A program made the position numbers and the translations under genes. The notes below the pieces were generated by a model. It saw only the letters and a program-made list of their open reading frames with translations, was not told where the DNA came from and did no database searches. 64,000 bases of DNA from Candidatus Saccharimonadales bacterium (GTDB lineage Bacteria; Patescibacteriota; UBA1384; 2-12-FULL-50-11), in the NCBI GenBank assembly GCA_035480235.1, contig DATIHX010000008.1:96104-160103 (forward strand), given 5' to 3'. Positions within the stretch are counted from its first letter, which is position 1, and every line of letters starts with the position of its first letter. Shown piece after piece: positions 40,998 to 51,191 of the stretch.

Positions 40998-42932
40998 ATG
41001 ACCCAAACCGAGAATACCTTTTCAGTTGTTAAGCTACACTCTACTGAGCGACCAGCTGATCGTTTTATCGGCGCCGAAACCGAGCAACTTATCGCCAGCG
41101 GCCAAGAAGTCCTTTTGGTTAGCTTGGTGGAAATAAACAATCGCTGGCAGACCGCCATCGATTTGGGGAAAACCATCCATTCGGCCTTTGTAAAAAGTTA
41201 CAAAGAAAGCACCCAGCGGTCGCTCTTAACCAAATTCGAAAGCGCCCTGAAAACGCTCAATCAGCTGCTCGACGACGCCGAAGCCAAAGCGACAGAGCCG
41301 GTCCATTGCGCGCTCGGGGTTTTTTCGGGCGGGCAGCTCTATTTTTCCACTATTAATTACGGCCACATTCTGCTCTGGCGGCGGCAGAAACTCAGCCAAA
41401 TTAGTGGAGCTCATTTGGCGGGCGAACGGTTCGCTTCGGTGACCAGCGGCGATATTAAAAAAGACGATTGGCTGATTTTTGGTAGCCAAACGCTGAGAGA
41501 ACTAGTAAAGAAAAATGACGGCGAAGGCTGGGAGACGGGCGATAAAAAAACACTGCTCAAGGACATAGCCGAAAGCGCTGAGGCGACCGACTACCCGTTG
41601 CTGGCCGCTATTGCCGTGGCGCCAAGCCAACTAAGCCAGTTCGAAACGATCAAGCTCGACGTTAGCGGCGCCAAACCAATCGTTACTATTTCTGGTATTT
41701 TGGCCAGCTTAGCGACGGCCGGGCAAGCCATCAAAACTATTTTTAGCCGCTCTGTCACTGCAGCAAAAACCCGAAAAAAACCCGCCAAGCCCGCCGAAGT
41801 GAAGGGGTCAGAGCCAACAGACGAAGGCGATCAGCTACAAGGTGAGTTAGCAGCTCCAACGCCGAAACGCCGCCGTTTTCCGGTTATTCCAGTGCTGGCT
41901 GGCGTGGTAGTACTTGCCCTGCTGATCGCGGGCGGCATTATTATCCGCAACGAATTTCGCCGCGTCGGCAAAGTACCGACCGTAGCCGCTTCAAATATCA
42001 GCGATTTAGCCGCGAAAACCGCAACCAAAGATATGTTCGCTTTTATCGAACAAAATCTGACCGTCGACAATTACAAAAACTTAACCGCTAAACAGCGAGC
42101 TGCTTTCGGCCAAACGCTGGCCGCTCAAAATATCGGTATCGTTGACCAAACCGCCAAGGCCGCGACGTTGGATAACCCGATCGTGGCGATGGACAACACC
42201 GCCGGCAGTTTGTATTTGATCGACAATACCGGCCAGCTCTGGCGTCAGCAGACCAGCACTCCAACCAAAGTGACGCAAGCGAGTTTAATCGCCAACCCGG
42301 TTAGCTTGGCGGCGCTGGCCGACAATAAAATACTAGTCGCTGATCAAGCTGGGGCGATCTGGTTATTTGACGGCTCGGCTAGCCAGCCGGTTAATCTAAC
42401 CTTACCGACGACGCTGACTCAGGGGCCGAAACTCTTGCAAAAATTCGGCAGCAGCAATTTATATATTTACCAAACTTCCACCGGCGCTATTTATAAAGTG
42501 GGCGGCTTTGTTCACGATATCGTGCCGACCGGCAGCACCACTACGCCCGGGCCGGACGGGACCACCCCCCCGCCGCCGCCCTGGGTAGCTAGCAGCGTTT
42601 TGAATTTCGGCACTTTTGATGACTGGGCCGTGCCGGGCGATTTCATCGGCGGGGTCGATAGTGGCGTCATTAAGAACTTCACCAAAAATAAATTGGAGAA
42701 TTTGAGCGTCCAATATTACACCGACAATACGCCGCTCCGCTTGAGTTTAACCGCCACTGCCAACCAACTGGCTGTCGCTCGTGGCAAATTCGTGACAATT
42801 TATTCAACCACCGATGGCGGTAAGCAGAGCGAAAAAGCTCTGGTTTCCGACGCCACAATTACCGATCTCTCTCCCGGCCCCGGCGGCAGTTTGTTCGTCG
42901 CGGCTGGCAAAACCCTCTTCAAAATTCCGTAA
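40998..42932 (+). CDS. large hypothetical membrane protein (cytoplasmic N-domain, one TM helix, extracytoplasmic C-domain)
   Basis: 644-aa ORF with TM helix FPVIPVLAGVVVLALLIAGGIII and a proline run before the C-terminal region. Confidence 0.75.
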   Translation: MTQTENTFSVVKLHSTERPADRFIGAETEQLIASGQEVLLVSLVEINNRWQTAIDLGKTIHSAFVKSYKESTQRSLLTKFESALKTLNQLLDDAEAKATEPVHCALGVFSGGQLYFSTINYGHILLWRRQKLSQISGAHLAGERFASVTSGDIKKDDWLIFGSQTLRELVKKNDGEGWETGDKKTLLKDIAESAEATDYPLLAAIAVAPSQLSQFETIKLDVSGAKPIVTISGILASLATAGQAIKTIFSRSVTAAKTRKKPAKPAEVKGSEPTDEGDQLQGELAAPTPKRRRFPVIPVLAGVVVLALLIAGGIIIRNEFRRVGKVPTVAASNISDLAAKTATKDMFAFIEQNLTVDNYKNLTAKQRAAFGQTLAAQNIGIVDQTAKAATLDNPIVAMDNTAGSLYLIDNTGQLWRQQTSTPTKVTQASLIANPVSLAALADNKILVADQAGAIWLFDGSASQPVNLTLPTTLTQGPKLLQKFGSSNLYIYQTSTGAIYKVGGFVHDIVPTGSTTTPGPDGTTPPPPPWVASSVLNFGTFDDWAVPGDFIGGVDSGVIKNFTKNKLENLSVQYYTDNTPLRLSLTATANQLAVARGKFVTIYSTTDGGKQSEKALVSDATITDLSPGPGGSLFVAAGKTLFKIP

Positions 42933-42961
42933 AAAAAATCCCCGAAGACTCAGCTTCGGGG
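42932..42961 (-). terminator. terminator (U-run on the minus strand)
   Basis: CCCCGAAG-ACTCAG-CTTCGGGG with an A8 run on the plus side. Confidence 0.7.
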
Positions 42962-43058
42962 ACAAGTGTTCACTTCGCCCACTCTTTCAACCGTCGTCGG
43001 TAGATTTGGGCGACGATCGCTACCTGGCTAGCGGCGTACTCCTTAATTGGCTGTTTGG

Positions 43059-43979
43059 TTACGGGTGAGTTCGTTTGCTGTCGTGAGCAGCTAACAGCCC
43101 CGTTCTAGTGAGCCAAATAATTTGAATCCTGCTCAAACCCGTCTCATTTACCACGTCTCTCATCCGCAGCCACTGCTCTTCTTCGAGAAGTTGATGGCTA
43201 GCCAAAGCTTTCTCGAGTTCGGCCTGCCAGCTGTCAGGATGATGAACGGTCTTTCCGGGGTTGAGGTAGTAACCCCTGGCCCCTTTTTCAAGACTGCGAA
43301 GCCTTTGATGACAGGCAGGCGAACAAGTTCTCCGCCGGCGCATCCCCTTGACAATAAGGTTATTGCATTCGGGATTCTCGCACTTGCTTTTATCAAGCAA
43401 CGCTGAGAGCTCCGCGAAGCCTTCTCGTGTCAGAACGATTCGATTGCGGTCAACCCGCCGCCAACCGGCAATTCTCCCTGTTAAGCACCAATTTTCAATC
43501 GTTTTCTCATCCTTAACACCCGTTTTAGTGCACGCCTTCTTAAGGCTGACGCAAGACTTCTTCAAGGCCTGGGGGCCGAAGAGTTTCTTAATCAACCGCA
43601 ATCTCCGGTGAACAGGGGGGTAATGCGGCCAGGTTGACAAGGCAAGTGTCTTAGCGATGTATCCGATGGAGTAACCTTGCCTATAAAGTGCCCAAACAAC
43701 GAACAAAGACTTCAGCTCGTAATATCCTCTTGGTCGCGGCCGAACTCCTTCTGTTGTATGCCGAACTGGTTGATCAAGCTTATTGAAAACAAAACGGAGC
43801 TGACCGCTGGATAGATCCAATTGATCCAGGATTTCTTGGAACGCATAGCCCTGGTCGATCAACGTCTGAACCTCCCTCATCCGGCGCTGAATACGAAGTT
43901 GGGTACTGCCTTTTACCTGACCGGGTCGTTTGGCTTTAACCACCCCAAGAGGTGGCGTGCGATCTAATTGTTGAGACAT
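43059..43979 (-). CDS. multi-HTH protein with a zinc ribbon and a HYPP module
   Basis: The start ATG is preceded by GGAGG. Excisionase/MerR-like HTH segments (ETGLSRIQIIWLTRTGLL; TIENWCLTGRIAGWRR), CENPEC...CSPAC and WPHYPP. Confidence 0.7.
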   Translation of the reverse strand: MSQQLDRTPPLGVVKAKRPGQVKGSTQLRIQRRMREVQTLIDQGYAFQEILDQLDLSSGQLRFVFNKLDQPVRHTTEGVRPRPRGYYELKSLFVVWALYRQGYSIGYIAKTLALSTWPHYPPVHRRLRLIKKLFGPQALKKSCVSLKKACTKTGVKDEKTIENWCLTGRIAGWRRVDRNRIVLTREGFAELSALLDKSKCENPECNNLIVKGMRRRRTCSPACHQRLRSLEKGARGYYLNPGKTVHHPDSWQAELEKALASHQLLEEEQWLRMRDVVNETGLSRIQIIWLTRTGLLAAHDSKRTHP

Positions 43980-44028
43980 CCGATACCTCCGAAGGTGGAA
44001 ATGTGCGCCCGAAAATCCGAGCAATTGA

Positions 44029-44057
44029 ATAATACTTGAATTGGCTTAAGAAATCAA
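44029..44057 (-). promoter_or_regulatory. promoter of the multi-HTH gene
   Basis: Minus strand reads TTGATT, 17 nt, TATTAT. Confidence 0.6.
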
Positions 44058-44061
44058 GAGA

Positions 44062-45666
44062 CTAAGTGCTTTTTTCTTTGACCATCTTGCTCGGCGCAGA
44101 AATCCCCATCAACTCCAGCGTTCGCTTGACGGTAATACTCGCTGCTTTCAAAATTGCTAAGCGGGATTGAGCGATTTCCGCTGGTTCGCCCAGCACCCGG
44201 AGCTTCTCGTAAAACGTGTGAACGTCGGTGGCCAAAGCTGTAGCGAAATGGGCCAGTTTGTGAACTTCCAAACTTCCGCTGAGTTCGGCCACCAAATCCG
44301 GAAATTGAATAATCCGCAGCAATAACTGCCGCTCGGCTGGCTGCGACAAAACGATTTTTTCCGGCAACTCAAACTCGTTTTCCTTGGAAAATTCCCGAAA
44401 GATCGAGGAAATCCGGGCGTAGGCGTATTGAATATAAAACACCGGATTTTGGCTGGAACTCGACTTGGCGATATCAAAATTAAAATCGAGATGGCTATCA
44501 ACCGAGCGTGACAGGAAAAAGAACCGGGCGACGTCAGCACCGACTTCATCCAACACTTCATCCAACGCCACGTAATTGCCGGCTCGTTTACTCATCTTCA
44601 CTTCTTTGCCTTTTTCAAACAGCCGAACAATTTGGGTGATCACCCAATCGAGCTGGCCGCCCCAGGTGTAATGATCACGGAGCACCCCTTCAATAACCAT
44701 GTTCATTTGACGAGTGTACTGGAAGTGGTCAGCGCCGCCGACCCAAATCAACCGGTGATAACCACGTTGGATTTTGTAGCTATGATAAGCGATGTCGTTC
44801 GCAAAGTACGTCGGCAAGCCGTCGGAACGGACCAAAACCCGGTCTTCCGAGTCGCCAAAACGAGTGGTCGAGAGCCAAGTGGCGCCGTCAGCGTCGTAGG
44901 TGAGGCCGCGCAGCTTCAATAAATCCATCGTTTTTTTATAAACGCCGGTTTGATGCAACGATTTTTCCGAGAAAAACTGATGGAAATTAATCCCTAACTG
45001 ACGCAAAACCGGCTTAATCATCGTTTCCATGATAATCACCACCGCCTCTTCGCCGGCGTCGCGATCGGTTTTAGCCTTAATTCGGCTCCGGAGCTCGTCG
45101 ACGTACGGACCGCTATATTGTTTGGCTGGATCGTCGCCGTGCAAAACCGAGTGGCCCAGGTGATCGACTTGGGTGCCGGTATCGTTCAAGTAGAACTCCC
45201 GCATCACCGTACAGCCGTAGAGCTCGAGGACCCGGGCGATCGCTTCGCCCACAAAGGCGCCGCGACCGTTAGCCAGCGTTAATGGCCCGGTTGGGTTAGC
45301 CGAAACATATTCCAACAAAACCCGGGTTTCTTTGCCGGCATCGCTTTTGCCGAAATTGTCGGGCGATTTCAATATTGCCGCAACAGTAGTGGCCAAATAA
45401 TCGTCGGTGACGGTGAAATTAATAAAACCGGGCGTGGCGACGTTAACCGAGCGAAAACTCTGATGAGCCGTTAACTCGGCGACAATTTTTTGAGCCAGGG
45501 CCACCGGGGCCTGGCCGGCCGGCTCGGCGCCGACCAAAGCGACGTTAGTGGAAAAATCGCCGAAAATTGGTTTTTTCGCCGGCTCGATAGCAAAAACCGG
45601 TGGCTCGGCTTGAACCACTTTTTTATAAGCCTGACGAATATGTTCGCGCAGTTCGCCTAAAACCAT
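44062..45666 (-). CDS. argS: arginyl-tRNA synthetase
   Basis: SANPTGPL (HIGH-equivalent), MSKRAG and a DALR anticodon-binding C-terminus. Confidence 0.95.
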   Translation of the reverse strand: MVLGELREHIRQAYKKVVQAEPPVFAIEPAKKPIFGDFSTNVALVGAEPAGQAPVALAQKIVAELTAHQSFRSVNVATPGFINFTVTDDYLATTVAAILKSPDNFGKSDAGKETRVLLEYVSANPTGPLTLANGRGAFVGEAIARVLELYGCTVMREFYLNDTGTQVDHLGHSVLHGDDPAKQYSGPYVDELRSRIKAKTDRDAGEEAVVIIMETMIKPVLRQLGINFHQFFSEKSLHQTGVYKKTMDLLKLRGLTYDADGATWLSTTRFGDSEDRVLVRSDGLPTYFANDIAYHSYKIQRGYHRLIWVGGADHFQYTRQMNMVIEGVLRDHYTWGGQLDWVITQIVRLFEKGKEVKMSKRAGNYVALDEVLDEVGADVARFFFLSRSVDSHLDFNFDIAKSSSSQNPVFYIQYAYARISSIFREFSKENEFELPEKIVLSQPAERQLLLRIIQFPDLVAELSGSLEVHKLAHFATALATDVHTFYEKLRVLGEPAEIAQSRLAILKAASITVKRTLELMGISAPSKMVKEKST

Positions 45667-45667
45667 A

Positions 45668-45733
45668 TCAATAAAGAATTATTAAATTACTGAATTTTTG
45701 AATTACAAAATTAGAATTGAGTAATTTAGTCAT
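45668..45733 (-). other. 21-codon AT-rich mini-ORF ending 1 nt before the argS ATG
   Basis: MTKLLNSNFVIQKFSNLIILY*. The module is shared with the pilin leaders. Confidence 0.4.
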
Positions 45734-45822
45734 TGAGTTATTTAGTAATTTGGCCAGGCGGAATTGATCGTACCGACTAAACAACAACCCCAGTATATTC
45801 TTCACTTAGCCAATCAGCAACA

Positions 45823-46689
45823 CTATTGCCCGACGTAGTAATTGTATGGTCCAGGATTGGTGGTACCGCCACCACCACCGCCCGTGTCCGGTACGCAAAC
45901 GCCGTTAACCAAGATTTGGCCGACTGGGCAGCTGGTGGTACCGCCGCCCCCACCGCCGCCATCGCAAGTTGTTGTGCCGTCGGGGTTAACGTGGCAAGTC
46001 CCGCCTCCCACTTGAGCGTGGGCAACAGTGGCAAAAAGCCCACCTGGCGGTAAAATCGTGATATAGTTTGTTGCTATTTTCACCCCGCTAGCGCTACGTG
46101 AAATAACATGTTGATCGCAGTCATAGGGCTGGCCGCCAAAGCTGGCGATCCAAACGTGGCTGAGGCGAACGCACTCCAGCTGGTCGGCGCTGCCGGCGGC
46201 GAATTGGTGTTCCAGCGATGTTGTCAAACGATAGTGTTTGGCCACGGCCGCTACAGAAGCGGCCCCGCTGGTTTCGGTAGTTGAAAGGTTGAAATAATAG
46301 GAAAAGGTCGGCGAGCGAACGTCGTTGGGAATAGTCGGCAGGTAATGGCTGAAGGTGCCGCAGCCATCGCTGTAGGAGGCTAATTGGCTGGTTTTTGTCC
46401 AAACCAGTGTTGGGCTGGGGTTGAGGCCACCGCCCGGGTAAACGCCAACGGCTGATTGATCGCTACAGGTTTTATCCAACTGCCGGGCGCTAAAAGCTTG
46501 AGCGATTTGGTTTAAATCGGATTTACGCACCGCGTCGCGGGCTTGCGCCTGGGCTTGAGCGTAAACGTAGGTGCCCAGCGCCAAGAGTATGCCGATGATG
46601 GCGATAACAGCCAGCGACTCAATGAGAGTAAAGCCGCGACGAGCATGATTGGAGATCAGTGATTTAGGGCTTAGAATCTTAAGCTGCAT
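45823..46689 (-). CDS. type IV pilin-like protein with a Gly/Thr/Cys-rich C-terminus
   Basis: MQLKILSPKSLISNHARRG then FTLIESLAVIAIIGILLAL. GGGGGGTT repeats near the C-terminus. Confidence 0.85.
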   Translation of the reverse strand: MQLKILSPKSLISNHARRGFTLIESLAVIAIIGILLALGTYVYAQAQAQARDAVRKSDLNQIAQAFSARQLDKTCSDQSAVGVYPGGGLNPSPTLVWTKTSQLASYSDGCGTFSHYLPTIPNDVRSPTFSYYFNLSTTETSGAASVAAVAKHYRLTTSLEHQFAAGSADQLECVRLSHVWIASFGGQPYDCDQHVISRSASGVKIATNYITILPPGGLFATVAHAQVGGGTCHVNPDGTTTCDGGGGGGGTTSCPVGQILVNGVCVPDTGGGGGGTTNPGPYNYYVGQ

Positions 46690-46726
46690 CTTGCGGTTAT
46701 TTTCGTAAATCTTAATTCCTCAATCT

Positions 46727-47905
46727 TTATTCCTTGCCCTTGTAGTGTAATTCATAAAACCGGTGCTTGCCAATTTGCAAAGCCGCTGGGCCGGTCGTGA
46801 GATTAATTTTGGTCGTTGGATTGTTCGCCACTTTTTTACCTAAGCGAACCGCCCCTTGTTCAATTAAACGACGGGCTTCCGAGCTACTTTCGTGAGTGGC
46901 GATGACCACGGCTTGGATTACGGTAATTTCCGAGTCGGGTGAGTCGACTTTTTTGACCAATGACGGGTCGAGCTGTTTGTCGCGGAAAGTTTTATTGAAA
47001 ATACTTTCAGCTTGATCGGCGACCTCTTGGCCGTGGTAAAGGGCCACTATTTGAGCGGCGACTTCGGCTTTAGCCTCGCGCGGGTGAGGCTCGAGTTTTT
47101 TGACTTGCGCATCGTCCATCACAGCCGCCAAGACGGCATAATCTTTAATGATACTGTCTGGTATGCGCATTAATTTGCCGAACATCTGATCGGCTGGCTC
47201 GCTTAAACCCACGTAGTTACCGAACGATTTACTCATTTTTTTAACGCCATCTAGCCCGAGTAATGGCTTCATACAAATCACCGCTTGCGGCTGTTTGCCC
47301 AGCTTCTTTTGGAGCTCTCGGCCCATCAGCATATTGAGACGTTGGTCCCAACCGCCAATCTCCACGTCGATCTCTAAATGAACGGAATCAATGCCCTGAA
47401 CAATTGGGTAAAAGAGTTCGTGAAAACCGACCGATTCCTTGTTTTTTAACCGATTGGCGAAATCTTCACGCTCAATTAAAGTATTTAACGACACCTGCAT
47501 AGCCGTACCGATAAAACTACCGAGCGTTAACGGTTGTAGCCACTCCGAATTGTAGATGATATGGGTATTTTGAACGTCTAAAACCAATTCCGCTTGTTTC
47601 AGATAGGTTTCCATATTGGCCCGGATCTCGGCTTCGCTCAAAACCGGCCGGGCGTTCTGCCGGCCGGACGGGTCGCCGATTGAGGCCGTAAAATCACCGA
47701 TCACGAGATAGCATTGATGACCGAGCTCTTGGAATTGCTTGAGTTTGCGTAGCACTACGGCGTGACCCAGGTGTAAGTCGGGGCTGGTTGGGTCGACGCC
47801 GAGCTTAATATTCAGCGGTCTCTCAGAGGCCAAGAGTAAGTTAAGCTCACCCTCCGTGATGATTTCTTGGATGCCCCAGGTTAATATCTCGCTCGTGGCT
47901 TGCAT
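46727..47905 (-). CDS. tyrS: tyrosyl-tRNA synthetase
   Basis: DLHLGH, KMSKS and a C-terminal S4-like domain. Confidence 0.95.
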   Translation of the reverse strand: MQATSEILTWGIQEIITEGELNLLLASERPLNIKLGVDPTSPDLHLGHAVVLRKLKQFQELGHQCYLVIGDFTASIGDPSGRQNARPVLSEAEIRANMETYLKQAELVLDVQNTHIIYNSEWLQPLTLGSFIGTAMQVSLNTLIEREDFANRLKNKESVGFHELFYPIVQGIDSVHLEIDVEIGGWDQRLNMLMGRELQKKLGKQPQAVICMKPLLGLDGVKKMSKSFGNYVGLSEPADQMFGKLMRIPDSIIKDYAVLAAVMDDAQVKKLEPHPREAKAEVAAQIVALYHGQEVADQAESIFNKTFRDKQLDPSLVKKVDSPDSEITVIQAVVIATHESSSEARRLIEQGAVRLGKKVANNPTTKINLTTGPAALQIGKHRFYELHYKGKE

Positions 47906-47909
47906 TGCT

Positions 47910-47939
47910 TTGACTTAGTATATCTCTGTACAATATAAG
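47910..47939 (+). promoter_or_regulatory. promoter of the PBP gene (leaderless-type spacing)
   Basis: TTGACT, 18 nt, TATAAG. The ATG lies 6 nt after the -10. Confidence 0.55.
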
Positions 47940-47945
47940 TTGTCG

Positions 47946-50828
47946 ATGGCGAAGAAATTCCCAATCCGCTGGCCCCGATTCCGTAACCCGCTGAAAAACC
48001 CGGTCAACTTAACTCAGATCCAAAAGAATCTTTTTGGCAAAAAATCAGCCAAAAGTTTCCGCTGGAGCTGGAAAACCGCTGGGAAGATTTTCCTGTGGGG
48101 GCTGGCGGCTTTTGTTTTAATTATTGTTTTTCTATTCGCCTGGTACGCCAAAGACTTGCCGACGCCTGGCAAACTCAAAACCCTGATCGCCGCCAGCGGC
48201 TCCACCCGCCTTTATGACCGCAACGGCGGCGCCCTCTACACCATTTCTGGCGACAAGCGGCAGATCGTCATCGACTCGAATCAAATTCCTCAAAATGTTA
48301 AACAGGCGACTGTGGCGATCGAGGACAAACGCTTTTATTCCAACCCTGGCGTCGACGTTCGTGGCATCGCCCGGGCGGCCTTTGTGGACCTCTTCCATCG
48401 CGGCGGGCTGCAGGGCGCTTCCACCATCACCCAACAATTAGTCAAGCAAACGGTGGTGAACGGCACCAGCCGCTCGCTCACCTATAAAATCAAAGACGCC
48501 ATTGTGGCGATTGAAGTGGAGGCGCTCTTCACCAAAGACGAAATTTTAACGATGTATTTGAACGCCATTCCCTACGGCGGCAATAACTACGGCATCGAAG
48601 CGGCGGCTCGGGCTTTTTATGGGGTCAGCGCCAAAGACTTAACTTTAAGCCAAGCCGCCACCTTGGCTTCACTGCCCCAGCGACCAACGACCCTTTCGCC
48701 GTACGGCCCCCATACCGACCTGTTGCTTCAGCGCCGCAATTACACGCTGGACGTGATGACCAAACAGGGCAACATCACCACTGCCCAAGCCAAAGATGCC
48801 AAAGCTCAAGCCCTCGGCACCATTGCCCGGGGCGCCGCCGATTCGTCAACCGCCCCGCATTTCGTGCAATACGTCAAAGACTGGTTAGTTAGTTACTTCA
48901 AAGCCCAACTCGGCGACGAGCAGCTAGCCGAAGCGAAAGTGGAAGACGGCGGCCTGAAAGTTGTCACGACGCTTGACCCAAGCAAACAAGGCCTGGCCGA
49001 ACAGGCGATCCAGCAAGGCGTGGCCACTACCCTCAAACGAGCCGGGGCCAGCAACGCCTCAATGGTTTCGCTCGATCCGAAAACCGGGCAGATCTTGGCG
49101 ATGGTCGGCTCGATCGACTACTCCAACTCGAAATTTGGTCAAGTTAATATGGCGGTGTCACCGCGGCAACCCGGTTCCAGTTTCAAGCCGATCGTCTACG
49201 CCACCGCTTTTAAAGGTTCGTTCAGCCCTGGCACCACTTTATTTGACTTGAAAACTGATTTTGGCGGCGGTTACGTGCCACAAAACTACACCGGCGGTTT
49301 TGTGGGGCCGATCACCATCCGTAACGCCATCGGTAACTCGCTCAACATTCCGGCTGTTAAGACGCTGGGCTTAATTGGCGTGGACCAAGCTTTAAAAACC
49401 GCTAGTGATTTGGGAATTACCACGCTCGGCACCGACCCGGGCAAATACGGCTTATCGCTCGCTTTGGGCTCTGGCGAAGTTCGAGTGGTTGATATGGCTG
49501 CCGCCTACGGCGCGTTTGCCAACAACGGGATGGCGATGGGCAGTACCCCCATTTTGAAAATCACTGATTCCAGCAATAAAGTGCTGGTGGACAACACTAA
49601 CCCGCCGGCCGGCAAACAGGTTTTGGATCCGGCTATCGCCTACGAAATTTCCAATATGCTCTCTGACGTCAACGCTAAAAAACCAGAATTTGCCCGAGTG
49701 CTGAACGTCCTAACCTTGCCAAACCGCCCCGTCGCTACCAAAACTGGGACCTCCAACAACACCCGCGACGCTTGGACGATCGGCTACACACCGCAGCTGG
49801 TTACCGCCGTTTGGGCCGGCAACAACGACAACACGCCGATGGGTAGCGCTTCGATCGGTGCCATCGCTGCCGCCCCGATGTGGGAACAATTTATGCAAAA
49901 TGCGCTCAAAGATCAGCCAGTTGTGCAGTTTGATAAGCCGTCAACCGTCACCACCGCCACTATCGATCGGTATTCTAATTTACTGCCCAGCCCCAACGAC
50001 CCGGCCACCACCACCGACATTTTCGCCCCCTGGCAAATCCCCACCAAGCCCGACGGCACCCACGTTTCGGTCCGGGTCTGCCGCGAAAACGGCCTGCCCG
50101 CCGACAGCTCAATTCCCGACGCCCTCACCACCACCAAAATTTTCACCGCCGTTCACTCGGAAATGCCCAATAACCCCAATTGGGAGGGGCCGGTTCATGC
50201 CTGGGCGGTCGCTAACGGTTTGTACGGTCCGCCGCCGAGCGATAAATGCACCAGCGGCAATAACACCGCGCCAACCGTGACGATTACTAGCCCGGCCAAC
50301 CACGCCACCGTCAGCGGCCCGACTGCGATTGCGGCCGACGCCAGCGCGCCGAGCGGCGTTGCGTCGGTTCAATTCAGTATTGATAATACGGCGATTGCCA
50401 CCGACTCCGACGCGCCGTATTCCACCAGCTACGATATGAACCAGCTGACGAGCGGCTCGCACACCATTTCGGCGCTGGTGACCAGCAGCTCTGGTTCCAC
50501 GGCCACCAGCCAAATTACCGTCACCGTTTCGAGTGACACGACGGCGCCGCACGAAGTGAGTAGTTTCAACGGCACGGCGATTGTTGGCGGCGTCACCTTA
50601 ACTTGGGCGAATCCGAATGATTCGGACTTTGTCACCACCCGCATTTATTATCGCCGTCAAAATTCCGGCTCAGTCTATACGGTATTGCCGGTGAACGGCG
50701 CGCCCGGTTCCAGTGGCAACGCCACCATCACTGGCCTGGCTCACGTCGCCTACGAGTTCGTCGCTAAAACGGTGGACTCGAGCGGTAACGAATCCAGCGG
50801 TACGACAATCTTTCTTACCCCGCTATAG
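47946..50828 (+). CDS. class A penicillin-binding protein (PBP1A) with C-terminal Ig/FN3-like domains
   Basis: GT51 motif EDKRFYSNPGVD and transpeptidase motifs SSFKP and KTGT. N-terminal TM helix. Confidence 0.93.
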   Translation: MAKKFPIRWPRFRNPLKNPVNLTQIQKNLFGKKSAKSFRWSWKTAGKIFLWGLAAFVLIIVFLFAWYAKDLPTPGKLKTLIAASGSTRLYDRNGGALYTISGDKRQIVIDSNQIPQNVKQATVAIEDKRFYSNPGVDVRGIARAAFVDLFHRGGLQGASTITQQLVKQTVVNGTSRSLTYKIKDAIVAIEVEALFTKDEILTMYLNAIPYGGNNYGIEAAARAFYGVSAKDLTLSQAATLASLPQRPTTLSPYGPHTDLLLQRRNYTLDVMTKQGNITTAQAKDAKAQALGTIARGAADSSTAPHFVQYVKDWLVSYFKAQLGDEQLAEAKVEDGGLKVVTTLDPSKQGLAEQAIQQGVATTLKRAGASNASMVSLDPKTGQILAMVGSIDYSNSKFGQVNMAVSPRQPGSSFKPIVYATAFKGSFSPGTTLFDLKTDFGGGYVPQNYTGGFVGPITIRNAIGNSLNIPAVKTLGLIGVDQALKTASDLGITTLGTDPGKYGLSLALGSGEVRVVDMAAAYGAFANNGMAMGSTPILKITDSSNKVLVDNTNPPAGKQVLDPAIAYEISNMLSDVNAKKPEFARVLNVLTLPNRPVATKTGTSNNTRDAWTIGYTPQLVTAVWAGNNDNTPMGSASIGAIAAAPMWEQFMQNALKDQPVVQFDKPSTVTTATIDRYSNLLPSPNDPATTTDIFAPWQIPTKPDGTHVSVRVCRENGLPADSSIPDALTTTKIFTAVHSEMPNNPNWEGPVHAWAVANGLYGPPPSDKCTSGNNTAPTVTITSPANHATVSGPTAIAADASAPSGVASVQFSIDNTAIATDSDAPYSTSYDMNQLTSGSHTISALVTSSSGSTATSQITVTVSSDTTAPHEVSSFNGTAIVGGVTLTWANPNDSDFVTTRIYYRRQNSGSVYTVLPVNGAPGSSGNATITGLAHVAYEFVAKTVDSSGNESSGTTIFLTPL

Positions 50829-50886
50829 GGCTTGATTTTTCTACCTTTTTGGCACACACTACTCTTAACACTCGTCTGGGAGATGA

Positions 50887-51159
50887 ATGCGCATGCTTAA
50901 CTTCGTCCTAATCTTGATTGTTTGCCAGCTTGCTTTGGCTATTTACTCCTTCCTGGAGGGAAAATGGGGCAAGAAAAACTCCTCCAAGCTACTCCTTGCT
51001 GGAGTAACGACTATGACTACCTATCTTTCGTTTCTGTTGCTAGCACCACTGCTGAAGGATAATCTGTCACCCTATCTTGTGGGAAGCAGCATCTCTTTGT
51101 TTGTCTGTTTGCTCAGCTATTACTGGGGCTTAGTCAGCTCTCGTAACAATGCCGCCTAG
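50887..51159 (+). CDS. small membrane protein
   Basis: 90 aa with three hydrophobic helices. Confidence 0.55.
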   Translation: MRMLNFVLILIVCQLALAIYSFLEGKWGKKNSSKLLLAGVTTMTTYLSFLLLAPLLKDNLSPYLVGSSISLFVCLLSYYWGLVSSRNNAA

Positions 51160-51163
51160 TTCC

Positions 51164-51187
51164 GCCGCGCGCCAGCGCGGCTTTTTT
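51164..51187 (+). terminator. intrinsic terminator
   Basis: GCCGCGC-GCCA-GCGCGGC followed by T6. Confidence 0.8.
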
Positions 51188-51191
51188 GATT

